Shown one piece after another: positions 34,456-35,925 of a DNA stretch of 35,925 nucleotides (positions within the stretch are counted from its first letter, which is position 1; every line of letters begins with the position of its first letter). A program made the position numbers and the translations under genes. A model generated the notes under the pieces. It had not been told where the DNA came from, did no database searches, and saw only the letters and a program-made list of their open reading frames with translations. The DNA is from Bacteroidia bacterium (GTDB lineage Bacteria; Bacteroidota; Bacteroidia; AKYH767-A; 2013-40CM-41-45): positions 1 through 35,925 of the forward strand of contig DATDOJ010000264.1 in assembly GCA_035293345.1 (NCBI GenBank), written 5' to 3'.

Positions 34456-34613
34456 TTATGAAGTTACCCGCTCTGCTGTCGGGTAAACTTATACTAATAA
34501 GAAACTTCAAAAGTTCGCCTTATTCTGCATTTATTCACATGTAAGAATAGATTACTTTTATTTCTAAAATGCTGCAAAAGCTGTCATAGTCAGAAACGCA
34601 ACTACGGGGAGTA

Positions 34614-34895
34614 ATTCCGCTTATGTCAATGTTCATTCCACGTGTGTCAGCAGCGATTTCGCGCTTGTACGATGTCATTCCACGGCTGTAGACAGCGATT
34701 CCACGCCTGTACGATGTAATTCCACGGCTGCCGATATTGATTCCGCGCTTGTCAGCATCAATTCATCAACTGCCGAAAGTGTTGCCGCGGCTGTCGGAAA
34801 GAATGCTTCACGTGCATTGCTTTATTCCCCGATTGTCGAGGGTTTATTCCTGGCGGGCAGACCAGATGCAATTCATGCGGGTTTGAACCGCGGGA
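34614..34895. repeat. 21-bp-phased tandem array (~11-13 units, head motif ATTCCRCG) in the divergent intergenic region
   Basis: Unit heads fall at 34614, 34635, 34656, 34677, 34698, 34719, 34740, 34761, 34782, 34803 and 34824, in exact 21-bp steps; the units at 34782 and 34803 are degenerate. Looser units follow at 34846 and 34871. Alternate units resemble each other (ATTCCACGGCTGT... versus ATT(C/T)C(A/G)CGC(C/T)TGTACGATG...), giving a 42-bp higher-order period. Confidence 0.85.
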
Positions 34896-35005
34896 TTATC
34901 AGGACCCCCGGTGAAAAACCGCAATGGAAATTACAATGCTTTTTATTCGCTAAAAATTACCTTTGTATTCCAAAACAATTAGTTGACAGCAAATGAAAAC
35001 AAGCT

Positions 35006-35925
35006 ATGCGAAACGACCACACGGAAAAATCTCTCCGTGACGAAATCGAAAAGTCGGAGCGGTCGCTGAAAATTTTTAACGACACGAAAAAGGCGCTGCA
35101 AACCGAAGAACGGTTTGTGAATTTTTTCAAGGGCTACAATCAGAGCTCTGTGGAATCATTCATAACTTCTTACGCGCAGCAAAAAGCATTCTGGTATTCA
35201 TACAGCGATTCGGTTGCGAAGAATAAAATGCATGAGCGCAGCATCTATCGCAACAATGCCGTTAATGCGCTGAAAGAAATTTATGTCAAAAAACTTTTTG
35301 ACCTGAAATGCCGGTGGGTGGCGGGGGAAATGGATTTGCCCGGAGTCGAAACATCGCATAATTTCCACCGGCTGGAAAAAAAACCTGAACTAGGCACAGC
35401 CATTAAGCCCATCACGGAAGAGGAAGTGAATTGCTACATTGCTTTTCTCGACTACAAAAAAGAAAATCCTGAAAAGGACTACGATGACCCGGGCACTAAT
35501 CTTGCGCTGCATTTTTATCATCAGCATAAGTCAACCGCGCTGGAGGACTTCGGGGATGAAGAATACATCCCCGTATGGTTCATGTTTTATGACAGGCGCT
35601 TCGGCACAGACGAGTTGCTGAAGTTGCCGACCACGCGCGTAGACATGGAATGTGATTTACACGACATCTGGCTGGAACACATTTTTCCGAAAACGCTGAC
35701 GGAGGAACAACTGAAAACCGTTACTCCTCATCTGAACCGCACCAAACGTATGGAGCTGAAACAGGACAAGCAGAAACGCGAAGCATATTTTGCAGAACAA
35801 AACCGCCAGTATGAAGAGCAGAAAAAAAATTCACCGAAGTATGAGCACATGAGCACGTATGACCGGAAAAAAATGAAAACCCTTGTGGCGCTGATTGAAA
35901 CACCGGAAGTGCAGAAGTATTACAG
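35006..35925 (+). CDS. hypothetical protein, N-terminal 306 aa (gene runs off the right edge)
   Basis: The ATG at 35006 opens a frame with no stop to the window end: MRNDHTEKSLRDEIEKSERSLKIFNDTKKALQTEERFVNFFKGYNQSS...WFMFYDRRFGTDELLKLPTTRVDMECDLHDIWLEHIF.... It is absent from the ORF track because it is open-ended. No recognisable domain. Confidence 0.7.
   Translation, partial: MRNDHTEKSLRDEIEKSERSLKIFNDTKKALQTEERFVNFFKGYNQSSVESFITSYAQQKAFWYSYSDSVAKNKMHERSIYRNNAVNALKEIYVKKLFDLKCRWVAGEMDLPGVETSHNFHRLEKKPELGTAIKPITEEEVNCYIAFLDYKKENPEKDYDDPGTNLALHFYHQHKSTALEDFGDEEYIPVWFMFYDRRFGTDELLKLPTTRVDMECDLHDIWLEHIFPKTLTEEQLKTVTPHLNRTKRMELKQDKQKREAYFAEQNRQYEEQKKNSPKYEHMSTYDRKKMKTLVALIETPEVQKYY

Overview
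This 35.9 kb window looks like a chromosomal segment from a Bacteroidota bacterium. Six predicted secreted proteins carry type IX secretion (T9SS) C-terminal sorting domains: five of the type A 'PNP...GIYFI...K' kind and one of the type B gliding-motility kind. TAnnTTTG-like -7 boxes precede two genes, and start codons have no obvious Shine-Dalgarno sequences. All product calls come from reading motifs in the supplied translations; no database search was run.

Recognisable housekeeping genes are ornithine aminotransferase (rocD), 23S rRNA m5U methyltransferase (rlmD), a Pif1-like helicase with HRDC and HTH tails, a di-haem cytochrome c, an SpmA/SpmB-like membrane protein, a Tat-signal pirin and an AraC regulator. 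Between them sit T9SS cargo genes: an SBBP beta-propeller protein, an HExxH metalloprotease, a BNR-repeat protein, a ThuA-like protein and a 2087-aa adhesin-like giant. A visibly AT-rich Type III restriction-modification pair (mod-res, 16.2-20.8 kb) looks horizontally acquired.

The most unusual content is non-coding or repeat-based:
- Seven tandem 42-bp hairpin units with compensatory stem changes, followed by a terminator-like hairpin (21155-21482), beside the R-M island. This is a candidate multi-hairpin ncRNA or structured leader.
- A strictly 21-bp-phased array of about 11-13 'ATTCCRCG' units (34614-34895) in the divergent promoter region of the giant adhesin gene.
- A roughly 158-bp element with terminal inverted repeats, inserted in frame between Walker A and Walker B of the helicase (9799-9956).
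- A coiled-coil / 5 x 14-aa repeat / possible winged-helix protein just downstream of the giant gene (27182-28024).
- Clusters of the perfect palindrome ACTTATAAGT (331-451) and a nested GCGGA hairpin (3736-3818) in promoter regions.

No cas genes, integrase, transposase, tRNA or rRNA were found.
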